A stretch of 64,000 nt of DNA from the human T2T-CHM13v2.0 reference genome, Homo sapiens, in assembly GCF_009914755.1 (NCBI RefSeq), contig NC_060935.1. The stretch is one strand, 5' to 3'. Below are positions 1 to 13,100 of this stretch, piece after piece. The notes under the pieces are model-generated. The model ran no database searches. It had not been told where the DNA came from and was given only the letters and a program-made list of their open reading frames with translations. How positions within the stretch are numbered: the stretch's first letter is position 1; the number at the start of each line of letters is the position of its first letter. Both the position numbers and the translations under genes were made by a program.

Positions 1-489
1 ACATCGAGAGGAGTTTGGCTGGGGCTGGTTGGAGAGGATATCGGCTGCTAGATGGCCAAACTCCAGGGAAAGATCATCTTCCCACTCCATCCCCTTTCCA
101 GCTCCCCATCCATCCCACTGAGAGCCCCCTCCACTACTCATAAACCCCCCACATTCACCAACCTTCAAGTCCATGTGTGACCTGACTCTTCCTGGATGCC
201 AGACAAGAACCCAGGTACCAAGGGGTCACTGAGCTGGTTAACACTTAAGCCACAGACAGCAGAGCTAAAAGAGCACTGTAGCACACCCACTGGGGCTTTG
301 CGAGTCAGAGGCACCAACCACTAGATGCTACCATGGGGCCAGAGCTCAAAAGCACTCGCTCCAGCTCCTGCACCTACCTGTCTCTGTGCTCTCCATCCCG
401 TAAGGGGTTTGAGTGCACAGCGGCCAAACAGATGAGCCACACCCCTGTTGCATGTCCTGCAAGGGGGGTCAGGGAACTCTCCTGTTTCA
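1..489 (+). mobile_element. ERV1-class LTR, 3' part (LTR1/LTR28/MER52 group), truncated by the window edge
   Basis: Ends in ...gggtcagggaactctcctgtttCA; the internal segment ggccaaactccagggaaagatcatcttcccactccatcccc is typical of this group. Confidence 0.75.
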
Positions 490-769
490 TAAGATTTAAA
501 TGGCAGCTCATAAACTAACATATTTTATGAAACTTTTTTTCATTTTAATAATGCGGTGTGTATGTGTGTATGTATAGGATATGCTGAAGACTTTCAAATC
601 AAATAAATCTAGTTCTATGTTTTAATCAGCCTGTGAAAGGCCTCTATCCAATGTTTTATGATTTTGAGCTTTAATCATAGATGAATACCTCTGAGAACCT
701 GCCAATACAAGAATATTGCCCGTGGATCAAGCAGAGTTTGGGTCAAAGTGTTTCAGGAAAAGGAGCATC

Positions 770-1160
770 ATGCATGAAGGTCCCAACATGGTACGGTTGG
801 CGTATTTGAGAATGGAAATAAGATCACTGTAAAGAACAGCCCAGTATGAGGTTGCAGAAGTACAGAGAGCCCAGATTGTAGAAGGCCTTGTAGACTTCAG
901 TAAGGACTGGGGTATTTATTGTAAGGACAATGAGAAACCACTGACAGATTTCAAAACAGCCATGATTCCCTAAACATTTAATCATTAAAAGATCAGTTTG
1001 GTTATATTATGGAGACTCAATGAGAAAGAGTAGATATAAAGCAGATCAGTTAGAAAGTTATTCCAGGAGTCCTGTTGGGATGTGGTGCCGTGTTGGTGGT
1101 AATAAAAATAAAGACAATTTCACAGATTTAATAAGTGCATGGGAAGTCAAATTGATATGG
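770..1160 (-). mobile_element. L2 LINE fragment
   Basis: Purine-rich antisense L2 motif gcccagattgtagaaggccttgtagac...gtaaggac...gagaaaccactg. Confidence 0.6.
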
Positions 1161-1465
1161 TTATTGTGGTTACTGATCAGACTTCAATAAACCAAAAGGC
1201 CGTGGTGCCAAGGGCCATCCCTAGAGCCAGCCTGTAGCATTCATGCCCCAGCCTGCTCTGACTACAAAGCTGATGCTCTATAAAAATCCAGTCTTCTTCC
1301 AGCTCCCTCAATCCATGCCTGGGCCAAGCTCCAGATTCACAGGCCTTGTGCTCTACATTTGCATGTGTGTATACTAGACTAAAGCAACTGCCACCTATAA
1401 CTTCAATCCTATGTGAAATTGTGCTGAGTTCCAAAACAATCAACTTCTGGAAAGTGACCTCTTTA

Positions 1466-1778
<313 letters not shown>

Positions 1779-3998
1779 TGATAAATATTCCTTCCCCTTT
1801 GTTTACTGTCTGAGAGTCTCAGATTTAGAGCCCCAATCTGTCTTCTCAATTATAAATTCTGATAAAGTCTGAACCCCTAAAATTAATCTTTCTATATCTC
1901 ATTTCCCTTATGAGAGCAAGCCACATTAACACAATTTGGTCACACTGACCTAATAAAGGTCTTTTTGCCCATCAGTGAAAATCTGAGACATAGCGTTGAT
2001 GTCATACCTACATTGAAACACTGACTTCTCTGCTTAAGATATATTTACAATTTAGGACATCCTGGGTCCCCCAGGGAAAATGAAGTAAATTAACGTCAAA
2101 TATTTGTGTACTTCATTACCATCTTCATGAAAATGTAGTAAACTTTCACAATCTGCTTATTTCCCTTAGGAAGTGGGAAATTCAGGATTACAAATGCTTA
2201 TCAAAGAAAGACTATAGCCTACCCAAATAAAAGGAAATACTAGGTCAAAAATATAAGTAGCACATAATTCGACACAATGCCTAAATGAGCATCATCTTCT
2301 GAAGCACAATAATTGTTTGGAAATTTTTCTTCAGCTAAGAACTCTTTTTTCAACCTAGGGGTGACTAAATGCAGGTTGGGGCAATACAATATTTACTTAT
2401 TCCATTCAGTAAACAAGTGAAAATGTGAACCAAAATTAAGAAAATATAATTGTATGGTTCTGTATAGTGACCCATGCTTTCTACCTATCCTCAGACCCAC
2501 TTTCCTTATTATGGAGTCCTTTATTAGGTATGGGTCAGATACACACTGTGGATAAAAGGGAGACACCATGAGGTCCAGCAGGAAATAGACTTGGCAGATT
2601 TGGGACAGGAAACCTGGCCCTATCAATACTTCTGAGGTAGAGGAAAGAGCTCCCTTTCCTCTCCCAAGGCACTAGGACCCTAGGGAGATGGAAACCCTAG
2701 GCACCTAAGAAACATGGACGGAAAGAAGGCAGGTAGACCTAACCCTTCACCCTAGGTGTTCTTCAGTGGTACTGCAGAGGCAGTGTTTAGTGGGATGGAG
2801 GCCTGTCCAAGGCATCCTGATGATAGCTGGCTAGTGAGAAGAAATGTTGGGACATAAGAAAGGGATGTCTCATTTTCATGGAAGAATTGAGGATTTTATA
2901 CCTTATTCACTATAAGCCTAACTGGAACTACCCCTGGCTTGGTGAAGATAGGAGTGAAGTGGATGACAGAGGCAGCCCCCAATCATTCCAAGGCAAAAAA
3001 AAAAAAAAGTTGATAAGAATTCCATTACTACTGTATTTCTCAGGATTATTACAACAAACAATCTTGGGATTTAGAATTGATGTTGGGAAAGGTTTATATT
3101 AAATATAGAAACTACATAGTGACGAAGGAATCAGCAGGCAAAACTTATCACTTCTCTGAATACTGTTCCTTATATAGAGTTTTCTTCGTAAACCCTTAGT
3201 GTATTATAATCAGTAACCATAGCAGCATATGGATTTGAATATATGCTTTTAAATTCCATATAATTGGCAAAATGTGCAGTTGAATTGTTGCTTGGTGTGA
3301 TTTCTTTTTCTGCTCAGCAGGGATAAGTGGGTGTCAAGTTGGACTACTCTATAAAACAGAACTGAAATGTTTTTCCCACAAGGTCATGGGGAAGAAAACT
3401 GAGCAAAGAAGTTGACTTATATTCGAGAGATATGGGTCTAATATTTAATCAAGCATCTCTACCACAGGCACTTTACCTAGGCTAAATAACTTAATCCTCC
3501 TGAAGCCACCTGAGGCATGCTTATTACTTTAAAGATAAAGAATCAGGCTTAGGAATTTAAGTAGCTGACCAAAGGTCACACAGCCAGCACATGGCAAAAG
3601 CAGGATGTGTTTGTATATTTCACATGGGCATTTCAGATTCCAAATTGTGTGCATTTTCCTAGGACATCCTAGTTACTATCTGGGCCATTTTCCAAATGAA
3701 AGGACCAATAATTAGTTTCTTTTCTCCTTTTACAGATGAGAAAACTGTACCTCATAGTGGTTAGCTGTCTTCTCAGTCACATAATTATTGTGCCACAAAA
3801 CTCAAGCCCAGGACTTCTAAGTCCCTTTCCAGGACTCTTACCATTATGAGATGACTGTGACATTCTAAGTCCAGTTTACCATTGTTTAAATAAGCCATTT
3901 ATAACTTCTGTTGACCATATACTATTTAACCTAGGTGATATCTAGGATCACCCTGTCTCCTAAAATCTAGACAAGACTATTTCTGGTCTCCAGCACAC

Positions 3999-4165
3999 CC
4001 GATATTGAAAGTCCAATTCCCTCTGCAAGATTTCCATGTATTTCTCCAGGGCTTATGTTCTCCTGAGTGCCTCTTGCTTCAGCTAATTTCTTGTTCTGCA
4101 CTTTGGCACCTTGCAACTTTTTCTTTATTCCCACTGGGTTCTTGAACTGGTATTCCGCTATCTTC
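3999..4165 (-). pseudogene. Candidate fossil exon (167 nt) with probable frameshift
   Basis: Weak boundaries ccaAG|gaaga...tatcgg|GTgtgc. One frame gives KIAEYQFKNPVGIKKKLQGAKVQNKKLAEA; another gives LKQEALRRT*ALEKYMEILQRELDFQYR (heptad-like). Confidence 0.5.
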
Positions 4166-4489
4166 CTTGGTTTTACACACAAACACAAAAAATCATTCAC
4201 ACAAAGACTTTGGGTAGCAGGTTTTATAGAAAGTTTAGAGAAGTTAGGAAATATACAGAGTTTGCACAGTTGACCCATAAACAATAAGATCTGAATAACA
4301 GTCAACCTAGTTCTATAGTCTCTCTGCTGATTTCTCACATTGCTCAGCCATTCTCTCTCCTATATGACCTCTGCCCCCATCAGCAATTTTGTTTTAAATG
4401 AAAAATCATTCTACCTTCCATTTGTTCTGCCCTAAGACTTCTCAATCCTATCATGGGGATAGGATTTTTCATTCCCAAATGCTCCATCA

Positions 4490-5470
4490 AGATGTATTCT
4501 AGATTCCTGTAGCTTAAAGGGAAACTTTTACAATGTCCAAAGCCCTTGATGTCCTGCAACTGAAGGAGAAGGATGTCCTTAAATTCCTTGCAGCAGGAAC
4601 TCATTTAGGTGGCACCAACCTTGATTTCCAGAGGAAAAGTGACAGCATCTACATCATCAGTCTGAAGAGGATCTGGGAGAAGCTTCTGCTGACAGCTCAT
4701 CTATTGTTGCCATTGAAAACACTGCTGATGTCAGTGTCATGTCCTCCAGGAATCCTGGCCAGTGGGTTGTGCTCAAATTTGCTACTGCCACTGGAGCAAA
4801 TCCTATTGCTAGCTGCTTTACTCCTGGAACCTTCACTAACCCAATCCAGGCAGCCTTCCAGGAGCCGTGTTTTTTGGTGGTTACTGATCCCAGGGCTAAC
4901 CACCAGCTTTTCACAGAGACATCTTATGGTAACCTGCCTACCATTGCTCTGTGTTCCACAGATTCTCCTCTGTGCTCTGTGGGCATCTCCATCCCATGCA
5001 ACAATAAGGGAGTTCACTCAGTGGGTCTGATGTGGTGGAGACTGGCCCAGGAAGTTCTGCACACAAGTGGCACCATCTCCTGTGAACACTCATCAAGGTC
5101 ATGCCTGATTTCTACTTCCATGGAGATCCTGAAGAGATTGAAAAGGAAGAACAGGCTGCTGCTGAAAAGACTGTGACCAAGGAGGAATTTCAGAGTGAAT
5201 GGACTACCCTAGCTCCTGACTCCACTGCTACTCAACCAGAGGTTGCAGACTGGTCTGAAGGCAAGCAGGTGCCCCTGTGGCCATTCAGCAGGTTTCGACT
5301 GAAAACTACAGCATTCAACCTGCTATGGAAGAATGGTCTGCAGCTCCCCTGACTCAGGCCACTGAAGGGGTAGGAACCACCACCAAGTGATTTTAAGTTG
5401 TTCTTCCATGGGCTCTTAAGCAAGATGGAAATAAGATTGATGGTAAATAAACATCCATTTTTTTAATTTT
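4490..5470 (+). pseudogene. RPSA: Processed pseudogene of RPSA (40S ribosomal protein SA/uS2, laminin receptor)
   Basis: Intronless. [33 protein letters not shown]..., [17 protein letters not shown]... and [23 protein letters not shown] lie in different frames. RPSA-like 5'UTR (aaagggaaacttttacaATG) and 3'UTR with AATAAA. About three frameshifts and a 21-nt deletion. Confidence 0.97.
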
Positions 5471-5719
5471 TTAAAAAAAGATATTTTCAAGCCCATTCCT
5501 CCCCAAAGCAAATTCTACTATGAACTATTTTAAAAAGAAAGGAGATTTTTTTCTTTTTTTACCACCCACCAACTATATCACATGTTCTGAGAAGTACACA
5601 GGGAGAAAATCTGTCCTAAAACAGTAAGTAGCTAACCTAATAAGAAAATAAATGCACAGAACTCAACGTCTCTTGGGCCTCACCAGCCTATAAAAACAGT
5701 GAGGTCACATAACATTTAC

Positions 5720-5774
5720 CCATATGGTCTCTTCAGCAAGCCCGCCTAACCCCAGGAACCCCAGCAAGGACAAT
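5720..5774 (-). pseudogene. Candidate fossil exon (55 nt)
   Basis: atttctcttAG|attgtcc...catatgg|GTaaat; phase-compatible with the flanking candidates. Confidence 0.35.
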
Positions 5775-5969
5775 CTAAGAGAAATTCAGCCAATCCAACT
5801 ATGAAAACTATATAACTTACAATTAGAGGGGGGAAAAGATGTCTGAAGGCTGAAGAACGGAGTTAATAGGATGACCATGGGTTAACAAAATGGCTCAACT
5901 TAGGTTCAAGGCGGCTGTTTAGATTTCTGAACTTGAGCCACCAGGATTCAATGATATAGCTTCTAAATG

Positions 5970-6009
5970 TCTGTTTGTTTGTTTGTTTGTTTGTTTGTTT
6001 GTTTGTTTG
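5970..6009. repeat. (GTTT)n microsatellite
   Basis: Read directly from the sequence. Confidence 0.95.
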
Positions 6010-6221
6010 AATCTATTTTAGTTTTGCCATTAAAAAAATAAACTAGGGTTATCTGGGGTTTCCATTTCTGACCAAATTGAAAGTATTAATATTCAGAAAG
6101 CAACTGACCATGGAAATTGGTTTTTCATGTTACTTATGATTTTGTTACAAGGATGAGAAAAACTAGTAAAGTCTGTGAAAAAGTAGTTTTGCCAACCAAT
6201 TTTTAAACGATGAAGCTACCA

Positions 6222-6567
6222 AGGATTCTCTATCCCTTGTTCACAATTTCAAAATCCAAAGAGCTCTGAAACTCTTGAGTTTTTAATTCAAAAAGTTCTG
6301 GCAATGTCATCTGGTAGCAGAACCTGAACTGAACACGTATGAGGCTGCTTGTGGTCTTTATTCATCCCACTTCATGAGAGGAGTTCTGTGTTTCCTGTAG
6401 AAACATGAAAATGTTTGATCACAGGGTGTTCCTCCAACTACACTGAAGGAAGTGTGTAAAATATGCAATGCAGAGTTTACCCTTCAAAAGTCTTGAGTTC
6501 CAATCCATCTTGAATTCCAATCCACATTTGGCTCCAAAGGTTTCAGAGAAAGGATTATGGATCTACA
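6222..6567 (-). mobile_element. MER46C-like TcMar-Tigger MITE
   Basis: Degenerate inverted ends (tatcccttgttcacaatttcaaaatccaaa ... ttcagagaaaggattatggatct) and an internal match to the recalled consensus. Confidence 0.7.
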
Positions 6568-7048
6568 TTGGCATCTGCTAGAGGTAAGTGAAGGCAAAGG
6601 GAGGAGAAGCCAAGGGAAATGGGGGAAGCTCTTATGGTTCCAAGGGCCCCATTTTCAGAAGCACAAATTAGAACATGTGATCTGTCAAAGGGAGAGAACA
6701 TCAGATATGGGACTGTGTTGTAGACATGTAGAGTCTAGTGGAAGTTATGGCAAGTGAGAATATTTAGGAAACCCTGCTAAGTCCTCCAGTCAAAGCCAGA
6801 TTTACCTACTGGGACCTACTGCCCAGCCACTCACCACTCCCTACAATGTAAGGGATAAGGCTAGAACTATAAGAGCACAGACATTCTTGGTGGAAGTTTT
6901 CCAAGCCTCTCCTTTCTCTCCTTTTATTAAAAAAAAAAATCTGATCATTTTAGTTATTTAAAGTTCCTTCAGTGCTAATTTGATTTAGGAAAAACAAAGA
7001 TTATTTTAAAAAGAAAAAAAGAGATGAGAGTAAATAAGGCCCTACCGA

Positions 7049-7240
7049 AGTAGTTCTTTAACTTGGCTCACATCAGAATCACTTGGGAAGCTTTTTCAAC
7101 TATTGATCCCTAAGCCATTCCACCCCTGCTCTACCCCCACAACCCACTGAATAAGGAGCTCCCGAGTTGGTTTCAGGGCATATAGAGCTCTCAAAGTGCC
7201 ACAGGTAATTTCTATGTGTAGTGGGGTTGAGAACTACTGA
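7049..7240. mobile_element. MER5-type hAT-Charlie MITE
   Basis: agtagttctttaacttggctcacatcagaatcacttggg ... ttgagaactactg inverted termini. Confidence 0.7.
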
Positions 7241-7333
7241 TTAATTTTTTTTTAATCTTTAAAGAGGGAGAAAGAAAAAGACCTTTTCCCTATTTCTATA
7301 TAAGAAAGTTCCTAGGATCCAGAAAAGCCCAAA

Positions 7334-7380
7334 CAGGGGTAGTAAGTACACTTTGCCAGGGGTAGTAAGTACACTTTGCC
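7334..7380. repeat. Perfect 23-bp tandem duplication
   Basis: caggggtagtaagtacactttgc x2. Confidence 0.95.
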
Positions 7381-7404
7381 GTTGTCTTAATCACATGTGC
7401 TAAC

Positions 7405-7537
7405 CACACAAAGGAAGTTTCACTTCTATAAAAACTATCAGTTTCTCTTTCATACTTATCATTTGCAGTCATAGATGCGTTAAGCAATTTTCAGCCAATG
7501 ATTTTATCTTCTTCATTCCCGAGCTTGTGGATATACC
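7405..7537 (-). pseudogene. Candidate fossil exon (133 nt)
   Basis: atgtAG|ggtata...ttgtgtg|GTtagc. Frames YIHKLGNEEDKIIG*KLLNASMTANDKYERETDSFYRSETSFV or GISTSSGMKKIKSLAENCLTHL*LQMISMKEKL..., one stop each. Confidence 0.45.
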
Positions 7538-7569
7538 CTACATTTAGGTGCTATCAAGGATTAAGGGAA

Positions 7570-8030
<461 letters not shown>

Positions 8031-8124
8031 CTACCTTGATCCCTGGGTTAAATAAGTTTCCCTGTTATTGTTTCTCAGAACACAATGCTTTTCTTTCATA
8101 GCATTCATCAGAATTTAATTAAAT

Positions 8125-8392
8125 GCTTATTGCAGTGCTTATTTATTTAATGTCTATTTTCCTACTAGATAATAAGACATTTAAGGTCAGAAACCCAGTC
8201 TATTTTTTGTTGTCACTTAGTTTGGTTGGGTTTTTGTTTTTATTTTTTTTTTGTTTGTTTGTTTGTTTTTGCTTTGTCGTTTTTGGTGGGTTTTCTCTGG
8301 AAGAAGGGGAAGGCTTTTGCTTTTTTTAAATTACAGTGCATCCAGTCAGTAACTCTGACACATAGTAAATGATAAATAAGTATTCATTGAAT
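8125..8392 (+). mobile_element. L2 3' end interrupted by T/G-rich low-complexity sequence
   Basis: ctactagataataagac...gacacatagtaaatgataaataagtattcattgaat L2 tail. Confidence 0.6.
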
Positions 8393-8662
8393 CTGTATGT
8401 TAAATATCCCAGAAACTCTAGGCTGGGATCACTGGATTTGTTCATCAGAAAGTCACAGGGGACTTTATAAAAAAGTGTCATTAAAAAGCAAAAATGTCTG
8501 GAAAGCAGAAGGCAAAGGACTGAAGAAGGGCTGGGAGCCCAGGGAAAGGAGGCAAAACACACTTGCCTTTGCATAGCAGGACTTGTGATCATCATGGTAA
8601 ACACAAAAGCGTCCAAAACACAAGACTCCAATCAATGACTCTTGCCGATCATGAACGTTTAT

Positions 8663-8717
8663 TTCAGAATGGCACATAATTGTGATTCAGAATGGCACAT
8701 AATTGTGATTCAGAATG
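8663..8717. repeat. 23-bp tandem duplication (2.4 copies) inside a 9-bp inverted repeat
   Basis: ttcagaatggcacataattgtga x2 plus a partial copy; flanked by catgaacgt (8650-8658) and acgttcatg (8721-8729). Confidence 0.9.
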
Positions 8718-8820
8718 AACACGTTCATGGTGCTTTATTTGCTATGGTAAATGCTTAATTGCAGCTTGTGTTGTTGGCCTTTATTTAAATGTCAGTAAAA
8801 CTCTCTCCCACAGATATTAC

Positions 8821-8927
8821 ATTTTATAATTCATCATTCATGAAGTCTTCTTCAATCAACTTTTCCTTAAGTGTTTCCAATTCTTGTCAGGCAATTCATT
8901 TCTCTTGTAATGATCTAAGAATTAGTT
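8821..8927 (-). pseudogene. Candidate fossil coding exon (107 nt, phase 1 to 0), coiled-coil
   Basis: tttgctacctAG|aacta...taaaat|GTaata; (E)LILRSLQEK*IA*QELETLKEKLIEEDFMNDEL*N. Confidence 0.65.
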
Positions 8928-9342
8928 CTAGGTAGCAAAATGACTATGTTCTTTCTGAGCACATTTTTCCTAAGAGTTTGAAAACATTTGTCTACATTAA
9001 TCTGAGTTATTATGCAGTGGGGCCCAAGCCACAGTAAACACAGTGTAATGAGTAACATCTGTCAACCCTAATGGCAAAGGTTATCAAGCATTCTCAAGCC
9101 CTTTGCATTTTTATGACAAATAGAATAAATTGATACATACATTCAGTGAGTCAGTCAATTAACACTTGTGGGAGCAACAACCATAAGTCACATCTGGTAA
9201 TAAAATGGCATATACAACACTATACCCGCCTCATGGAGTTTATAGTCCAAGTAGAGAGACACACATGAAAGCCATAAGACCAACAAAGAGTTACAGCAGC
9301 TATGATGGAGGCAAAAATAATTGATTTTTCTAAATGTTGGAG

Positions 9343-9622
9343 GCTGAGTGTGGTGGCTCACACCTGTAATCCCACTTTGGGAGGTTGAGGTGGGTGGATT
9401 GCTTGAGCCCAGAAGTCTGAGACCAGCATGGGAAACATGGCAACCCCATCTCTACAAAGAACTTAAAAAATAGCTGAGCACGGTGGTGTGAGACTGTAGT
9501 CCCAGCTATTCAGGAGGCTGAGGTGGGAGGATCATCTGAGCCTGGGGAGGTCAAGGCTGCAGTGAGCTGTGATCTAACCACTGCTTCCCAGCTTGGGCAA
9601 CAGAGAGAAAAGAAAAAAAACA
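9343..9622 (+). mobile_element. AluJ
   Basis: Alu dimer with J-type gaggtcaaggctgcagtgagc. Confidence 0.92.
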
Positions 9623-9659
9623 AAGTTGGAGTTTAGGGTAATATGGGAATCAGACTGGC

Positions 9660-11900
9660 TTCTTGACTCAAGTTGTGTCTTAAAAACTGAGCACACATGA
9701 GGGTTAAAGTGGGAGGAGTAACAAGAAGAAAGGGTGGTCCAGGCATGATGAAGAAATGTTATCAAAGCTTCAGAAGATGAAACAGCATGGCTCTGGACAT
9801 GCTGATGGTTAGATGCCTGCAAATTGCTAGGCATAGAGGGGAGCTCGGAGAGAAATAAGGTAGGAGAGGGAAGCAGTGGCCAGGTATTGGAGGATCTTGT
9901 GTGCCATAGTAAGCAGTTTGGATTATATTCTCTTGGCAACGTGGAGTCTCTGGAGTATTTCAAATAGGAAGTGACTTGGTGAGATGTATTATATGATTTA
10001 GAGAGTTCACTCTGGCAGTTGTGCCGAGATTGGATGAGACAGTTTGGGGCCTGAAGACCTTTTATTCATTCAGTCAAACACTTTTAAGTGCCTTTAAAGT
10101 ACTTGATACTTTAAGTAGTAAATATCCCTAGAGCTGTCCTAAGCTCTAGGGATACAGTAATGAACCAAAGAGACAAGATCTCTGCTCTCATGGAGCATTC
10201 CAGCAGGGGCATATATATGTAATAACAAGAAAAGTGAATACATAAACAAGAAAAATAGAAGATAGCATGAATCTCTGTGAAAAAATTCAAATAGGCTGGT
10301 ATAAAAGAAGTATCCAGTGGTGACTTAAAATTGTGTGGCTAAGAAAGACCTCTCTGAGCAGAATCTGAGCGACAAGAAACTCATTCTATTACAGGATTGG
10401 GAGGAGAGCATTCTAGGCAAAGGAACAGCTAATGCAAAATCCCTAAGAGAGAAAGAGCTTGGCCAGCTCAAAAAATGGAAAGAAGACCAACATGGCCAGC
10501 AATAAGACAGCCAGAAGCAAATGGTAGGCAGTGACATCTGATAAGTAGACCAAGCCTAGAATTCAAAGGCCATAAGGTTTAGGGCAATGTGTTTGGATTT
10601 TGTTTTAAGGGCCGTAGGAAATCACTATACAGTTTTCGGTGGGTAAATGATATGGGAAGGTGTATATTTTTAAACGATAACTGGCTGCTCTATAGAAGGT
10701 AGACAAGAATAGAAGTAGAAGGAAGTCAGGAAACTATTGAAGTGGTCCTCAGGGGAGATCAAGATGGACCAGGGAGATAGTAGTGGAGATGGAGAGAAGC
10801 AGATGGAATTGGGATACGTTTGTGGGCAGAGTTAAAAAATAACTTGCTGGTGGATTAGATATGGAAGAAAAAATAAAAAGTGGAATCAAAGAACACTGAT
10901 GAATGTTTGGCATGTGCAATGGGCAGATGGTGGTAATGTTTACTGAGAAAGGAGCAGATATGAGAAAGGGAAATGAGAATTCCTATTGGGCTATGTTAAA
11001 TTTGAGATAACTGTTGCATTCCAGAGGAGATGTCAAGTCAGCAAGTGGATGCACACATCTGGACTTGCAACGAAAGTCAAAACCATAGGTAAAGATTTGG
11101 AAATAACCCCCACATAGTATTTCTAAAGCCCTGGGAATAGGTGGGACACTAGGGAGATAGTGTAACTGGAGGAAAAGGGAGTACCCAAGAATAGGCTCTG
11201 AATGCTTAGGAGTTGTAAATACGGTTTTTTAAAAAAGCCACGAGATATCATGGCATCATGAAAGCCAAGAAAAGAATGAATGGCTTTAAAATATTATTTT
11301 AAAGTAGGATACCATTACAACAGGCAGGGCTTCTTTTCAGCAAGCTTGCTTAGCCATGTCTCAGTCATCTTTGTAACCTTAGTGATTAACACAATGTCTT
11401 AGCACTGAGTGGTAATAAATTAATCTTGCCAAGCCTAAAGAGCAGGCAAGAGGCCTGGGTCGAAGGTTTGCATAGACATAGGAATCTCCAGAATTGAAGT
11501 TATTTGAGTAAGGGGGTGAGATCACCCAAGATAAGTGTAGAATGAGATGAAAGCCAAGGACAGACACAACCCAGCAAATAACAACTTGTAGCAGGTAGCA
11601 ATGCAAATGGAGAAGGAACATTCAGGGAGATAGGAGTGGAGCCGGAAGAGTGTTGTTCTGGAGGAATAGTGTGGAATGCTACAAAGGAGTGAAGAGTTTG
11701 CTAGTAGACTGTAGAGAACAATAGTGTAAAATATACAAAGAGAAACTTGGTTGTGGTGGGTGAAGAAGAGGTAAGAAGCAAGGAAAGTAAATGTGGACTA
11801 TTCTTCCAGGAATCCCATCTATGAAGAGAAGGGGAGATGTTAGAAGGGTCCAAGATCACAGGAAGTTTATAAATTTGCAAGGAGAGAGCCAGTAGAATAA
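9660..11900 (-). mobile_element. L2 LINE fragments (several)
   Basis: attcattcagtcaaacac L2 tail at ~10065 followed by a long purine-rich antisense L2 body. Confidence 0.8.
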
Positions 11901-11904
11901 ACAT

Positions 11905-12560
11905 GTTAGAAATGCAGGTGACTGTTGGTGGGAATGCAAAATGGTGCAGTCCTAAGGAAAACAGTATGGCAGTTCCTCAAAAAATTAAAAACAGAATTAT
12001 CATATGATCCAGCAATTCCACTTCTGAGTACAGACATAAGAAAACTGAAAGCAGAGTTTTGAAGAGATATTTGTATACCCAGGTTTATAGCAGCATTATT
12101 CACAATAGCCAAAAGTTGGAAGCAACCCAAATATCCATCAATGGATGAGTGCACAGACATTGTATATATTCCATACACACAATGGAATATCATTCAGCCT
12201 TAAAAGAAAGGACATTCTGCCACGTGCTACAGCATGGATAAAACTTGAGGACATTATGCTAAGTGTAATAAGCCATGCACAATACGGCAAGTATGTATGA
12301 TTCCATTTATATGAAGAACCTAGCATAGGCAAATTCATGGAGACAGCAAGTAGAATGGTGGTTGCCAGAGCAGGAGAGACAGAAGAATGGGGAGGTATTA
12401 TTTAATGGGCATTTAAGTTTCTGTTTTGCAAGATGAATAGAGCTCTGGAAATTGGTTGTACAACGATGTGAATGTACTTGACACTACTGAGCTTTCCACT
12501 TAAAATGGTTAAGATGGTCAATTGTATGTTATGTGGATGTGAGTAAAATTAATTTTTTTT
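11905..12560 (+). mobile_element. L1MB-type LINE-1 3' end
   Basis: ctgttggtgggaatgcaaaatggtgcag...cagcaattccacttctgagta...ttaaaatggttaagatggt. Confidence 0.9.
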
Positions 12561-13100
12561 TTAAATGTACATGAACAGCAAAGACAGAACAATCATGAGA
12601 TTGGTGAAAAGAGACCCATCTTGCTCTGAGGCTGAAGAAAGGTAGTTGAAGGAGATGCAGATGAGGATAAGTTTGTAGGTATCAGGACTAAAAGCCAAGG
12701 GTGGCATGCCCTTTAACATTGATGTTCTCTCTTAAATGTAAGGTAAGATCATCAGTGAGAAAGAGAAGAGCAGGCAGGAGTCACTCCAATCCCAGTGATC
12801 CGCGATGATGTTTGAGAAAGAGCAGAATGAGATCACTTCCGCAGAGGAACCAAACCTTATGTTTGCCCTCTCCTCTCCTGTTAGACATCTTTCCTACATA
12901 TATAATGTGTTATTGTAGTCAGTCAATTGGAACAAGGAATCTCATTTCACAAATAAATAAAAAATCTTGCATTTGAAAATATCCAGATTTATATCAAACT
13001 CAGCATCCAAATTATGTCTTTTGTTCTGGTTATACAGCACCAATAAAATCATGACTTCCACAGATAGCTTTGAAAATTTTTTTATTTGTTGACAGCTTAC

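Noticed and set aside
4533-5030. 165-aa ORF as a functional gene
   Set aside because: It is the frameshifted RPSA retrocopy; only the first ~55 codons are RPSA-like.
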